From contig CP136572.1 in NCBI GenBank assembly GCA_035193785.1, positions 1,716,578 through 1,780,577 of the forward strand: DNA of 64,000 nucleotides. Direction: 5' to 3'. Positions 32,294 to 43,669 of this stretch are shown piece after piece. The DNA comes from Planktothrix sp. GU0601_MAG3 (GTDB lineage Bacteria > Cyanobacteriota > Cyanobacteriia > Cyanobacteriales > Microcoleaceae). Under the pieces are notes generated by a model. The model was not told the DNA's origin and made no database searches. It saw only the letters and a program-made list of their open reading frames with translations. The position numbers were made by a program, and so were the translations under genes. How positions within the stretch are numbered: position 1 is the first letter of the stretch; each line of letters opens with the position of its first letter.

Positions 32294-34064
32294 TTATGAT
32301 GGATGAGGTTGAGAAATATTTAACTGACTTCCACTTTTAACTAAGGTTTGAAAATCCTCTAAATTAAGCGGACGACTAAATAGATACCCCTGAATTTCAT
32401 CACATTTAAAGCCCTGCAAGATATTTAATTCTTCTTGCGTTTCCACCCCTTCAGCAATCACTTTCAAATTTAAAAGATGAGCCATTGAAATTAGAGATTG
32501 TGTGATGGTAGAATTGATTTTATTAGTATGGAGATTTCGCACAAAAGATTGATCTATTTTCAGCACATCAAAGGGGAATTTTTGCAGATAGTTTAGGGAA
32601 GAATATCCCGTCCCAAAATCATCAATAGCTATGGTGACTCCCAAGGCTTTTAATCCCTGTAACTGTTGAATGGATAATTCAGGATCTCGAATTAATAAAC
32701 TTTCGGTTAATTCTAATTCTAAATAATCCGGTTTCAAAGCGCGTACTGAGTAAAATATCTACTAACTTTTGGCACAAATTAGGTGTTTGGAATTGTCGCC
32801 CGGATAAATTTACCGCCACGCGCAAATTTCCTAAACCTTGAGATCTCCAGGCTTGACTATGTTGACAGGCTTGAGATAAAACCCATTCGCCAATGGGTTC
32901 AATTAAACCTGTTTCTTCCGCAATCGGAATAAATTTTATTGGGGAAATCATGCCCTTTTGGGGGTGTTTCCAGCGAATTAAGGCTTCCGCACCAATAATA
33001 TTCCCCGTTTTCAAACTTACTTGCGGTTGATAGTAAAGTTCTAATTCTCCTCTTTCTAAAGCATACCGCAAAGCCACTTCTAAATCAATCCTTTCCAACA
33101 GTTGATGTTCTGAAGCGGGAGTATAAAAACTATAATGATTTCCTCCTTGTTGTTTAACTTGATTCATGGCTTGTTTGGCCCCCCGCAGCAGGTGTTGAAT
33201 ATCCTGACCATCTTGGGGATAAAGGGAAATTCCAGCACTAACGGTGATCAAAACTTCTCGATTTGTTAACACAAGGGGCTCGGAGATCTGCTGTTGTAAA
33301 TTTTCAATTACGGTTTTAATCTGTTGTTTATCCAGAATTGGTGGGGGTAAAATTACAAATTGATTGCTATCAATATAGGTAATAATATTACCTGCGGGTA
33401 AATTTTTTCTCAACCGATCTGCCACCGTTTTTAAAAGGGAGTTTCCCCCTTCATAACCTAAAATATCGTTAATTCTACCAAACCGATCTATCCCTAAATA
33501 GATAATTGGGATCATCCCATTTTGTTGCCAATTTTGATCGGCAAGAGACAGCAATGAAAACTCATTTAACCTTTGTTGAAAATATTCTAACAGGGATAAA
33601 CGGTTAGGCAAGTTAGTGGTGCTATCTTGATAAATTAATTGATTGAGTTTGGATTCAGCTAATTTTAATTTGTGACTATAATTAGCTTTTAAAGTGGCGT
33701 TTTTACCCAAACGAATCATAATGGTTTTGAGTAATTCCTTGGGGGTGAAAGGCTTGGTTAAATAATCATCAGCCCCAAGCTGCATTCCTTTTCGTAGGTC
33801 GCTTACACCGGAGTTTGCTGTTAGGAAGATGAAGGGAATAGTTGCCGTGACTGGATTTTTTTGTAAAGCAACGAGAACCCCATAACCGTCGATTTCCGGC
33901 ATCATCACATCACACAAAATTAAATCTGGTTGGTGCTGAATTGCCAATTGTAAGCCAATTTTGCCATTTTTAGCATTAAAAACTCCAAAGTTTTCTGTTT
34001 CTAGCAGTTCGATAATGTTATCTCGAATTAGGTCTTCATCCTCGATAACTAGAATTTTAGCCAT
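32294..34064 (-). CDS. REC-GGDEF(degenerate)-EAL c-di-GMP phosphodiesterase; one apparent +1 frameshift
   Basis: REC; D.TTNLPNR with GGDEF replaced by DSNQF; YYQPQV, GAEALIRW, ELELTES, DDFGTGYSSL, AEGVET, QGYLFSRP. Shift at GTTTC 32731-32735. Confidence 0.92.
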
Positions 34065-34086
34065 GGTTGTTTCTCTAAAATAAATT

Positions 34087-34226
34087 TATAGCAATCCTAA
34101 ATAGGTTGTAACATTTCAATACTAATATGAAACAGTCAGAAGTATTGCCCCTATTCCCCGTTCCCCGTTCCCATATCCGGTGTTCCCTTCAGGAATTTTG
34201 AACACAACTCAAATGGGATTGCTATA
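34087..34226. repeat. MITE-like element
   Basis: Terminal inverted repeats TATAGCAATCCTAAATAGGTTGT ... ACAACTCAAATGGGATTGCTATA; internal TTCCCCG heptamers. Confidence 0.7.
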
Positions 34227-34521
34227 TAGTCCCGCACGCCGCTAGGAGAGTCCTGAAGGACTCACTACGACGGGATTGCTATATAAATTGTAGTGAGTCC
34301 TGCCCGCCCCTAGGAGAGTCCTGAAGGACTCACTACGACGGGATTGCTATATACCCGCACGCCCCTAGGAGAGTCCTGAAGAACTCACTACGACGGGATT
34401 GCTATATATATAAATTGTAGTGAGTCCTGCACGCCCCTAGGAGAGTCCTGAAGGACTCACTACGACGGGATTGCTATATACCCGCACGCCCCTAGGAGAG
34501 TCCTGAAGGACTCACTACGAC
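34215..34521. repeat. Five-unit tandem array of a REP-like core plus MITE terminus
   Basis: Five near-identical GCACGCCCCTAGGAGAGTCCTGAAGGACTCACTACGAC cores, each preceded by GGGATTGCTATATA, with alternating short/long linkers. Confidence 0.92.
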
Positions 34522-34536
34522 TGACTGGACAATGGA

Positions 34537-35929
34537 TTAGTGGCGGGCTAAACCTTCTTGACGGGCGGTATGGGTAACGGCACTGGCGACCGCCGTGGCA
34601 ACCCGTTTATCAAATACCGAAGGCACAATATATTCCCGATCTAAATCCGTGGGAGAGACTAAAGAAGCGATCGCATTTGCTGCTTCTAAATACATCGAAA
34701 TAGTTAAACTTCTAGCCCCACAATCTAACGCCCCTCGGAACAGACCAGGAAAGGCTAAAACATTATTAATTTGATTGGGATAATCACTCCGTCCGGTTGC
34801 CACAACTGCAACATCATTGATAATCAATTCCGGTTGAATTTCAGGAATCGGATTAGCCATAGCAAAAACAATCGGATCTTTAGCCATGGATCGCACCATT
34901 TCCGGTGTCACCACCCCAGGGGCACTAACTCCCATAAATACATCGGCATCTTTCATCGCATCGGCTAAAGTTCCCGATAAATCAACAGCAAATTCCCGTT
35001 TTTGTTCGTTAATATCGGCGCGATTATGACTAATAATTCCCTTAGAATCACAGAGGGTAATATTCCGCACACCAGCTTTTTTGAATAAACGCGCCATGGC
35101 TACCCCCGCAGCACCCGCCCCGTTTAAAACCAGGTGGATATCTTCCCGGGATTTTTTCACTAATTTCAGGGAATTAATTAAGGCGGCTAAACTAACAATT
35201 GCCGTGCCATGTTGATCATCATGGAAGATCGGAATATCTAAACATTCTCGCAGTTTAGCTTCAATTTCAAAACAGCGCGGGGCGGCAATATCTTCTAAAT
35301 TTATTCCTCCAAAAACTGGGGCAAGATATTTAACCGTTTCGATGATTTTGTCTGTATCTTGGGTATCCAAACAAATCGGAAAAGCATCAATATCTCCAAA
35401 TTCTTTAAATAGCATAGCCTTCCCTTCCATCACGGGTAAAGCTGCACCAGCCCCCAAATTTCCCAAACCTAAAACTGCACTACCATCGGTAATAATAGCG
35501 ACGGTATTTTGTTTAATGGTCAGCTTATAAATTTGTTCTGGATCTTCAGCGATCGCTTTACAAATTCGACCTACCCCGGGGGTATAGGCCATGGCTAAAT
35601 CCGATTGAGATTTCAGGGGAATTTTACTTTGAATACTAATTTTTCCGGCGCGATGGAGATTAAATGTTCGGTCATAAACCGCTAATACTTTTAACTCAGT
35701 TAAACCTTTTACCGCTTGGACAATTTGTTCTGCGTGTTTCCTCGCTGGAGGCGTCCACACTGATTTCCCGAATTGTTTTGTGCAGAGTTTGTTCAATTAG
35801 GTCAATTTGGCCTAAATTTCCCCCGACGGTGGCGATCGCTTGAAAAACACTAGCCAACATTCCAGCGCGGTTGGGCAGTTCCAGACGAATTGTAACGCTA
35901 TAACTAGGATTCGGTGTTAAGTTAACCAT
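34537..35929 (-). CDS. NAD(P)-dependent malic enzyme with N-terminal ACT domain; one apparent +1 frameshift
   Basis: AYTPGVG, DGSAVLGLGNLG, INLEDIAAP, FHDDQHGTA, GAGAAG, TGRSDYPNQINN. Shift at GTTTC 35736-35740. Confidence 0.93.
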
Positions 35930-36029
35930 ATTCAGTATTAATTAGTTGTCCATTGGGTATGATATCAGGCGGATCAATATCAGTCTGTAGTTGAAGCATG
36001 ACATATAGCAATAGTTAAGGGGTAGGGGG

Positions 36030-36074
36030 GAATTAAGAATTACGAATTACGAATTATGAATTACGAATTACGAA
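36030..36074. repeat. STRR-type heptamer tandem repeat (GAATTAC) x6
   Basis: gaattaa gaattac gaattac gaattat gaattac gaattac gaa. Confidence 0.85.
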
Positions 36075-36419
36075 GGGGTAATGGGTAAGGGGTAATGCTG
36101 CTGCTATATATCGAATTTATTTAATACGGCTGCTGAAATTGCAGGTAATAGCTGAGGTTGGCTAAGGTGATATAGTGATCAACATATTTCGGAGTGGGTG
36201 TTTTTTCAAGCTCTCGCTTTACTTGCTTTTTACGCTGATTTTTTGAGGATTCCATAGTGATTATCTCGGGTTAGGGTGGGTTTTTTATCTTGATTATCTA
36301 ATAATATCTGAGTTATTCACCCTTTATAGCCTCAGATAATTTATTTTTGGGGTGATCCGCACCAAAATCGGACAAAATAAGTAAAATTGCTAACTCCACT
36401 CATAAGATTAATCAGGACA

Positions 36420-37160
36420 ATGGTTTTATCGGATTTTCAGTTATATTCCCAGGTGGTTCATATTTGGCAAACCAGTCTAACACGATCGCCCCAACACCTA
36501 GAATTATATCAAAAAATTCTGGCTGATGATGAACTAAAACGGGCGAGACGGTTTAAGTTTGAACGGGATCAACGGGCATTTATGATTGCTAGGGGAACAT
36601 TAAGAATGATTCTCAGCCACTATTTAAACCTTTCTGCAAAACAGATTAAATTTAAGTATAGTTCTAAGGGAAAACCGAGTTTAGATCAAGCTCCCTTACC
36701 CCTAAAGTTTAATCTATCTCATGCCCATGAAAAAGCAATTTATGCGATCGCCCTAGAAGAAAATATCGGCATAGATATAGAATATATTCGGGAAATTGAA
36801 GTTCTATCTTTAGCAAAACGCTTTTTCTGTGACTCTGAATATCAGTGGTTAAATTCCCTTAATTCAGAAAAACAATATTTGGCATTCTTTCAACTCTGGA
36901 CTTGCAAAGAAGCCTATTTAAAAGCCACGGGAGAAGGTTTAGTTGGGTTAGAGGAGGTTGAAATCGCAACCCCTCTGAATTCACACCTAAAAATTTTGAA
37001 AATTTCCCAGGATTCGGAATTAGCTAAAAATTGGACTTTGCAAAGGATTGAAACCGCAGAAAACTATCTAGCAACCTTGGCTATTAAGGGAATAAATTAT
37101 CAGTTTAAATATAGGCAATGGACTGAAGGAGAAGAAGTCGAGTTAATGTCTCAGATGTGA
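36420..37160 (+). CDS. 4'-phosphopantetheinyl transferase (Sfp/HetI type)
   Basis: KGKP, FNLSHA, IGIDIE, FFQLWTCKEAYLKATGEG. Confidence 0.93.
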   Translation: MVLSDFQLYSQVVHIWQTSLTRSPQHLELYQKILADDELKRARRFKFERDQRAFMIARGTLRMILSHYLNLSAKQIKFKYSSKGKPSLDQAPLPLKFNLSHAHEKAIYAIALEENIGIDIEYIREIEVLSLAKRFFCDSEYQWLNSLNSEKQYLAFFQLWTCKEAYLKATGEGLVGLEEVEIATPLNSHLKILKISQDSELAKNWTLQRIETAENYLATLAIKGINYQFKYRQWTEGEEVELMSQM

Positions 37161-37522
37161 AAGTTCAGGCTAATCAAAATAGTCGTTATTTCTATCCAGA
37201 TTTAGTCATAACTTGTGATCCTGAAGACTTAAAATCCCGTCAGTTTATTCAAAACCCTAAAGTTATTGTTGAGGTTCTTTCCCCCAGTACAGCTAGTTAT
37301 TATTGCACGAAAAAACTCAAATATTATCGCCAGATTTCCAGTTTACAAGAGTATGTGTTAATTGATTCAGAATCGATGAGTGTTGAGATTTATCATCGAG
37401 GGGAAGGGAAAATGTGGTATTATTATGAATACACAAATGGAGATGCGATCGCATTACAAAGCATAGAATTTCAATGTCCGATTGAGCTTTTATATGAAGG
37501 AATTAGCTTTGATCAAGAGTAG
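37130..37522 (+). pseudogene. 5'-truncated Uma2-family gene
   Basis: RVNVSDVKVQ..YFYPDLVITC..VIVEVLSPST..YRQISSLQEYVLID; lacks the usual N-terminal part and overlaps the PPTase 3' end. Confidence 0.7.
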
Positions 37523-40261
37523 AATTTTTGTGTTGTTGAATAGGAATTTCAATGGTAAATTCCGATCCGACCTTAACTTGAGAAGAACATTTTAACTGAC
37601 CTAGATGTCTTTCTACCACAATTTGATAGCTGACGGCTAATCCTAAGCCAGTTCCCTTACCTACAGGTTTTGTAGTAAAAAACGGATCAAATAATTTATT
37701 TTTAACGGTTTCCGTAATTCCCATACCGTTATCAGCAATAATGACTAAAACCCGATTATTCTCTACAATTTCTGTAGTAATCTTAATAGTGGGTTGCCAA
37801 CAATTCAAGGAATTAAAACCGATATCATTTTCAGCATATAATTCTACATCATTAGAATTCAAATTAGAAATAATTTGTTTGTTTTGTTCTACAATTCGCT
37901 CCTGGATGGTATCAATGGCATTGGTGAGTAAATTCATAAAGACTTGATTAATCTGACCTGCATAACAATGCACCAAGGGCAATTCCCCATAGTTTTTAAT
38001 CACCTGAATTTTTTGTCCTTCTCCAGTTTCTGATAGGCGATTTTGTAGGATCAATAATGTATTTTCTAACCCCTCATGTAAATTGACTTTTTTTACGTCA
38101 GCTTCATCCAAACGAGAAAAATTTCTCAGGGATAAAACAATTTGTTGAATGCGACTCGCCCCGACTTTCATAGAAACCTAATAGTTTGGGAAAATCTCGT
38201 TGCAAAAATTCTAAATCTACGGTTTCAATTACGGCTTGAATATCAGAAACAGGTTCGGGATAATACTCTTTATATAGTCCAACTAAATTCAATAAATCCT
38301 CCAGATATTGGGCTGCATAATCAACATTTCCATAAATAAAATTAATTGGATTATTAATTTCATGGGCGACTCCCGCCACCAACTGACCTAAAGAAGACAT
38401 CTTTTCCGTTTGAATTAAATGGGCTTGGGTCTGTTGTAATTTATTTAAAGTCGCTTCTAATTCCAGGGTTTGAGATCTAGCTAAAACCGCGGCTTCCCGG
38501 GTTTGATTATAGAGTTGGGCTTGATTAATGGCGATCGCCACTTGCGCCGTCACCGACTGTAATAATTCTACTTCAGAATCATTCCAGCAACGGGTTTCCT
38601 GATGATTTCCACAGACTAAAACCCCGATTTCTCCCATTTGAGTTTGGATGGGGAGAGACAGCACAGAAACGAATCCGAACTGAAGTAAACATGATTTTTC
38701 TTGAGAATCAGGAAGATTCCCAACATGATCAACTCGTCCCACGTTTAAATCCAAATACTGCTCCGACCAAACGCCTACATCTTCTAAATAATATTGACCA
38801 ACAATATCTGGAAAAGCTGGATCTTTAGCTTCAGTAGCAATTTCCCAATAGGCTCGACTTGAATAAGGTTGAGATGGATTTTTACTATCTAAGTTAAATT
38901 TGATTTCCCCTCGGTGATACCAACAGAAATAGCATCGGTCAACCTTCATTAACTCCCAAACCTGCAACACCGTTGTTTCTAAAATTGTTTTTAAATCCAA
39001 GGAATTGCGAATTTGATTGGCTAAATGATTAATTAGTTTTTCCTGTTGAGCCAGTTGTCGAAATCGAGTTTCCGATTCTGCTAATAATTCTTCCGCTAAT
39101 TTTCGTTCCGTAATATCCTCATAAGTTTCCTAATATTCCCACCACATTCCCCTCGGGATCTTGCAGGGGAATCTTATTAGTTTCTATCCAGCATTGTTTC
39201 CCATGAGCATTTAAGAGGGTTTCAATAATCCGATAGCGGGGGGTATTGCTTTCCATCACCTCTCGATCAACTTTTTGGTAATATTCAACTTCTGCTACAC
39301 TCCAAGGTAAATCGTAATCCGTCTTCCCAATTAACTGTTCAGGGGACTTAAATCCCGCATCTAAAGCCACCTGTAAATTACACCCTTGATACACGGAATT
39401 TTGATCTTTCCAGAAAATCCGTTGGGGAATTGTATTCATAATCAATTGCAGCATTTGTTGAGATTTTTGTAGATTTTCCTCTATTATTTTACGATCATTA
39501 ATATTTGTAATTGTGCCAATATAACCCGTCACCTGCCCTAATTCATCTTTCATCGGAGTCGCTTGACCCAATACCCAAACCCCAGTTTGATCGGCGGCTT
39601 GTAAACGATATTCTGAATAAAAGGATTGTTGATTTTCAATCGCAGTTAACCATTCTTGCATTAACCTTTCGCGATCTTCTTGATAAATTCCATAGACCCA
39701 ATTTTTATTCAACGCCTCCGCAGGTTGAGTTCCGGTAATTTTGCAGCCATATTGATTAACAAATAAACAATTTCCCGCCGCATCGGTTTCAAACAAACCC
39801 ACGGGACAAGCATCCATTAAATTTTGATAATGTTGTTGATTTTTATTTAATAAATTATTGACTTTTTCAAGCTCTTTAGGACTTTTTAGCTGTAATAGTT
39901 TGGGAAGTAAAGGAATAATCGATCCGGCGGTAAAAATCGAAATTATTGCCGTAATTGCCTTTAATCCACCGGATAACCAATGCAGAGGATACCATAGGGT
40001 GATAATTGACATCAAATGGGTGAGTCCCCAGGCAAAAACAAAGGTACTAAATAGGATTAAAATATTATATAAGGGTATATCTTGACTCCGACGAATAAAG
40101 TAAAGTAAGGTAAGGGAAACAGAAAAACAAGCGATCGCAGTAATTAAATCAGAAACTAGATGTAGCCCCATTAATTGAGACTGCCAAAGGTAGCAGGAAC
40201 CATGAGGCATCAAGGAAGTCATTGCCACCAGTTGTTGTGAAATTATCCGGGTAAAATTCAT
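37503..40261 (-). CDS. Sensor histidine kinase: ethylene-receptor-like TM domain, PAS x2, GAF, HisKA, HATPase; two apparent +1 frameshifts
   Basis: MPHGSCYLW..SDLITAIACFS..AWGLTH, PAS, GAF, EKMSSLGQLVAGVAHEINNP, DPFFTTKPVGKGTGLGL. Shifts at GTTTC 39125-39129 and GAAAC 38173-38177; 918 aa joined. Confidence 0.88.
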
Positions 40262-40445
40262 AATAGTTGAGAATTTATTATGGGGAATAAAAGATACAAT
40301 AAAAGATTGAATTTAGGTGCAAAAAAATGGGATTAATGATTAACAATAGCACCAACAGTAATAGGATGATGCGATCGCCCGCAGCAAAAGACCCCATTAA
40401 CCTTTATAATTATACTTCTGATACAAATTCCCGATTTAGGCTTCA

Positions 40446-42084
40446 ATGATTACAGAAATTCAAACGGAAATTCAAACGGAGGTTGAGCGACGTCGCAATT
40501 TTGCGATTATTTCTCACCCCGATGCTGGAAAAACCACCCTGACCGAAAAATTACTCCTCTACGGAGGTGCCATTCACGAAGCTGGTGCTGTTAAAGTACG
40601 GAAGGCTCAACGTCATGCTACCTCAGACTGGATGGCAATGGAGCAACAACGGGGAATTTCGATTACCTCAACGGTATTGCAGTTTGAGTATAACAACTGT
40701 CAGATTAATCTACTAGATACACCCGGACACCAAGATTTCAGTGAAGATACCTACCGCACCTTAGCCGCTGCCGATAATGCGGTAATGTTAGAAGATGCAG
40801 CCAAGGGTTTAGAGCCGCAAACTCGCAAACTTTTTGAAGTCTGCAAACTCCGGGGTCTGCCTATTTTTACTTTTATTAATAAAATGGATCGTCCGGGTCA
40901 AGAACCCTTAGAATTACTTGATGAAATTGAAAAAGAATTAGGGTTAAAAACCTATCCCATAAATTGGCCGATTGGTACGGGCGATCGGTTTAAAGGCGTA
41001 TTTGATCGTCGCAAACAAAAAATTCATTTATTTGAACGCAGTGCCCACGGGAGTCGAGAAGCGTTAGATACGGTTTTTGACTTAGATGATCCCCAGATTC
41101 AGGAATTTTTAGATCCCGATCTTTATGCACAATTAAAAGAAGAATTAGAACTCCTTGAACACGTTGGTTCAGAATTTGATCTGGATTTAGTTTCATGCGG
41201 GAAAAATGACCCCGGTTTTCTTTGGCAGTGCCATGACTAATTTTGGGGTGCAATTATTCTTAGATTCCTTTTTAGACTATGCCTTAAAACCCGGTTCCCA
41301 CCTGAGTACCTTGGGGGATATGGAACCCGAATATCCAGAGTTTACGGGCTTTGTCTTTAAGCTACAAGCGAATATGGATGCCAAACACCGAGATCGGGTG
41401 GCTTTTGTGCGCGTTTGTACGGGAAAATTTGAAAAGGATATGACGGTAAATCATGCCCGAACTGGAAAAGTTATCCGTCTTTCCCGTCCTCAAAAATTAT
41501 TTGCCCAGGAAAGACAATCAATTGAAACGGCCTATCCTGGGGATGTAATTGGATTAAATAATCCGGGGGTTTTTGCCATTGGGGATACAATTTATATGGG
41601 CAAAAAATTAGAATATGAAGGGATTCCCTGTTTTACCCCAGAGTTATTTGCCTATTTAAAAAATCCCAATCCCTCTAAGTTTAAACAGTTCCATAAAGGG
41701 GTTTTAGAATTGCGGGAAGAAGGGGCGGTACAAATTATGTTTTCCGTTGATCAGTCCAAACGTGACCCAATTTTAGCGGCCGTGGGTCAACTGCAATTTG
41801 AGGTGGTGCAGTTTAGATTGCAAAATGAATATGGGGCCGAAACCCTCTTAGAACCTCTCCCCTATACTGTAGCTCGTTGGGTCACCGGAGGTTGGGAGGT
41901 TTTAAATAAAGTCGGACGAATTTTTAATGCCGCCGTGGTGAAAGATAGTTGGGAGCGTCCGGTTTTACTATTTAAAAATGAATGGAATTGTCGTCAAGCG
42001 GAATCCGATCATCCTGAATTAAAACTAACTTCTATTGCTCCGGTGGTTTCGATTCAAGCGATTGAATCTGGGGAGGAAGAATAA
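40446..42084 (+). CDS. prfC: Peptide chain release factor 3; one apparent +1 frameshift
   Basis: [58 protein letters not shown]. Shift at GTTTC 41190-41194. Confidence 0.96.
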
Positions 42085-42130
42085 GCCTAGAATATTGATC
42101 CTGGATTAATTTTCTGCCTCGGTTTGGAGT

Positions 42131-42237
42131 TAGTAGGTGGTCAAAAATAAACCTATATAAATTAACTTGTTGTTGCGCTTGCTGCGCACCGAATTAGTTA
42201 ACTAAAGCGCAACAACGAGCTTTTTGACCATCTACTA
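42131..42237. repeat. MITE-like element with nested GTTGTTGCGC...GCGCAACAAC palindrome
   Basis: TAGTAGGTGGTCAAAAA ... TTTTTGACCATCTACTA terminal inverted repeats, between convergent prfC and aqpZ. Confidence 0.75.
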
Positions 42238-42289
42238 AGGGAGGGCAGTATTCAACACAAAACGAGGATGAAGTTAAATTTTTGATTGA

Positions 42290-43040
42290 TTAAGAATTGG
42301 GATCAGATGGGGATTCACCAAATAAATTGTTATAGGTGAGGGCGGCGGCAATTCCCCCCAAAATCGGAGCAACCCAGAATAACCATAATTGCTGAATTGC
42401 CCAACCGCCGATAAATAATGCCGGGCCAGTGCTACGGGCCGGATTTACAGATACATTAGTGACTGGAATGCCGATTAGGTGAATTAGGGTTAATCCTAAA
42501 CCAATGGCAATCGGGGCAAACCCTTGAGGTGCGCGGGCATCGGTTGATCCCATAATCACCATCAAGAACATAAATGTCAAGATAAATTCATGCAGCAGGG
42601 CAGAAACGAGGTTGTAACCGCCGGGGGAATGGTCGCCATATCCGTTGGTGGCAAAGGGGTTAGAGCCTTCTTTAAAGGCCACGGCATCAAATCCGGCTTT
42701 CCCACTAACGATTAAATACAGCACTAAGGATGCTACAATTGCTCCGGCAACTTGAGAACCAATATAAAAGGCTAAATCTTTGCCTCCAGAGAAGCGTTTA
42801 CCCGCCCATAATCCGAAGGAAACCGCCGGATTCAGATGGCAACCGGAAATATGACCTATGGCATAGGCCATGGTTAAAACGGTTAAACCAAAAGCTAATG
42901 CAACCCCAGTAAATCCAATACCAAGGGGGTTAGTAGTTTCCATCGGGAAATGCCGCAGCAAAAACAGCAGATCCACACCCTCCAAAAACTAGCCAAAATG
43001 TTCCTATGAACTCAGCAAGACATTTCTTAGTCAGTGGCAT
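42290..43040 (-). CDS. aqpZ: Aquaporin Z; one apparent +1 frameshift
   Basis: [49 protein letters not shown]. Shift at GTTTC 42936-42940. Confidence 0.95.
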
Positions 43041-43281
43041 TATTAAACCTCTTGAGAATGCACTTGAATTAAACTATCAGTTTTAATCCTGATAAGTTTC
43101 TGTTGCAACATAGCATAAAATAAATAAATTTTAGTGTTGTATGTAGCAAATGCAGAAAAAATTAATAAAATCCTAATTAATTATTAAGAATTAACAAAAG
43201 AAATGATACTTTTTATCAATATCATTTATAATCGAATATTTTTTAATTAAAATTCATCAAAAATCAGGGGGTGCAGAAATA

Positions 43282-43440
43282 TTCATGTCAACTTCAGCTA
43301 AAAATCACTGATTATAGCTGAGATTTTATCCCCCTAAATCCCCTGGACTTTTAAATCTAATTCCCCCTTTTTTAAGGGGGTTAGGGGGGATCTAGTCTAG
43401 GATAAAAACCAGGATTTGAGGTTTAAGTTAACATCAATGG
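43282..43440. repeat. MITE-like element containing a nested CCCCCTAAATCCCC/GGGGGTTAGGGGGGA repeat
   Basis: Imperfect inverted ends ATGTCAACTTCAGC ... GTTTAAGTTAACATC; inner repeat related to 2511-2585. Confidence 0.55.
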
Positions 43441-43473
43441 TGCGTGGGCGTTGATGGCCACAACCTACGGGTC

Positions 43474-43660
43474 ATAGCGCTACCAATTAGGGTTAGGACA
43501 ATACTAAACCTTGTAACCTGTTCATAACCTACTGATCCGGTGTTCTCGTTCAACCGTTCGACTGGCTCACGGCTCACAACGCAGCCAGATCCGGTGTTCC
43601 CTGTTCCCTGTTCCCTGTTCCCTGTTCCCTGTTCCCTGTCCCCTAGCGCGTAGCGCTATA
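43474..43660. repeat. MITE-like element with STRR heptamer (TGTTCCC) x6
   Basis: ATAGCGCTAC ... GTAGCGCTAT ends; TGTTCCC repeats at 43595-43636. Confidence 0.75.
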
Positions 43661-43669
43661 ATAATTGAA

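Noticed and set aside
34215..34521. Possible CRISPR array
   Set aside because: Linkers are short and themselves repeated; no unique spacers and no cas genes.
36420..37160. NRPS/PKS cluster implied by the PPTase
   Set aside because: No carrier-protein, condensation, adenylation or ketosynthase genes in the window.
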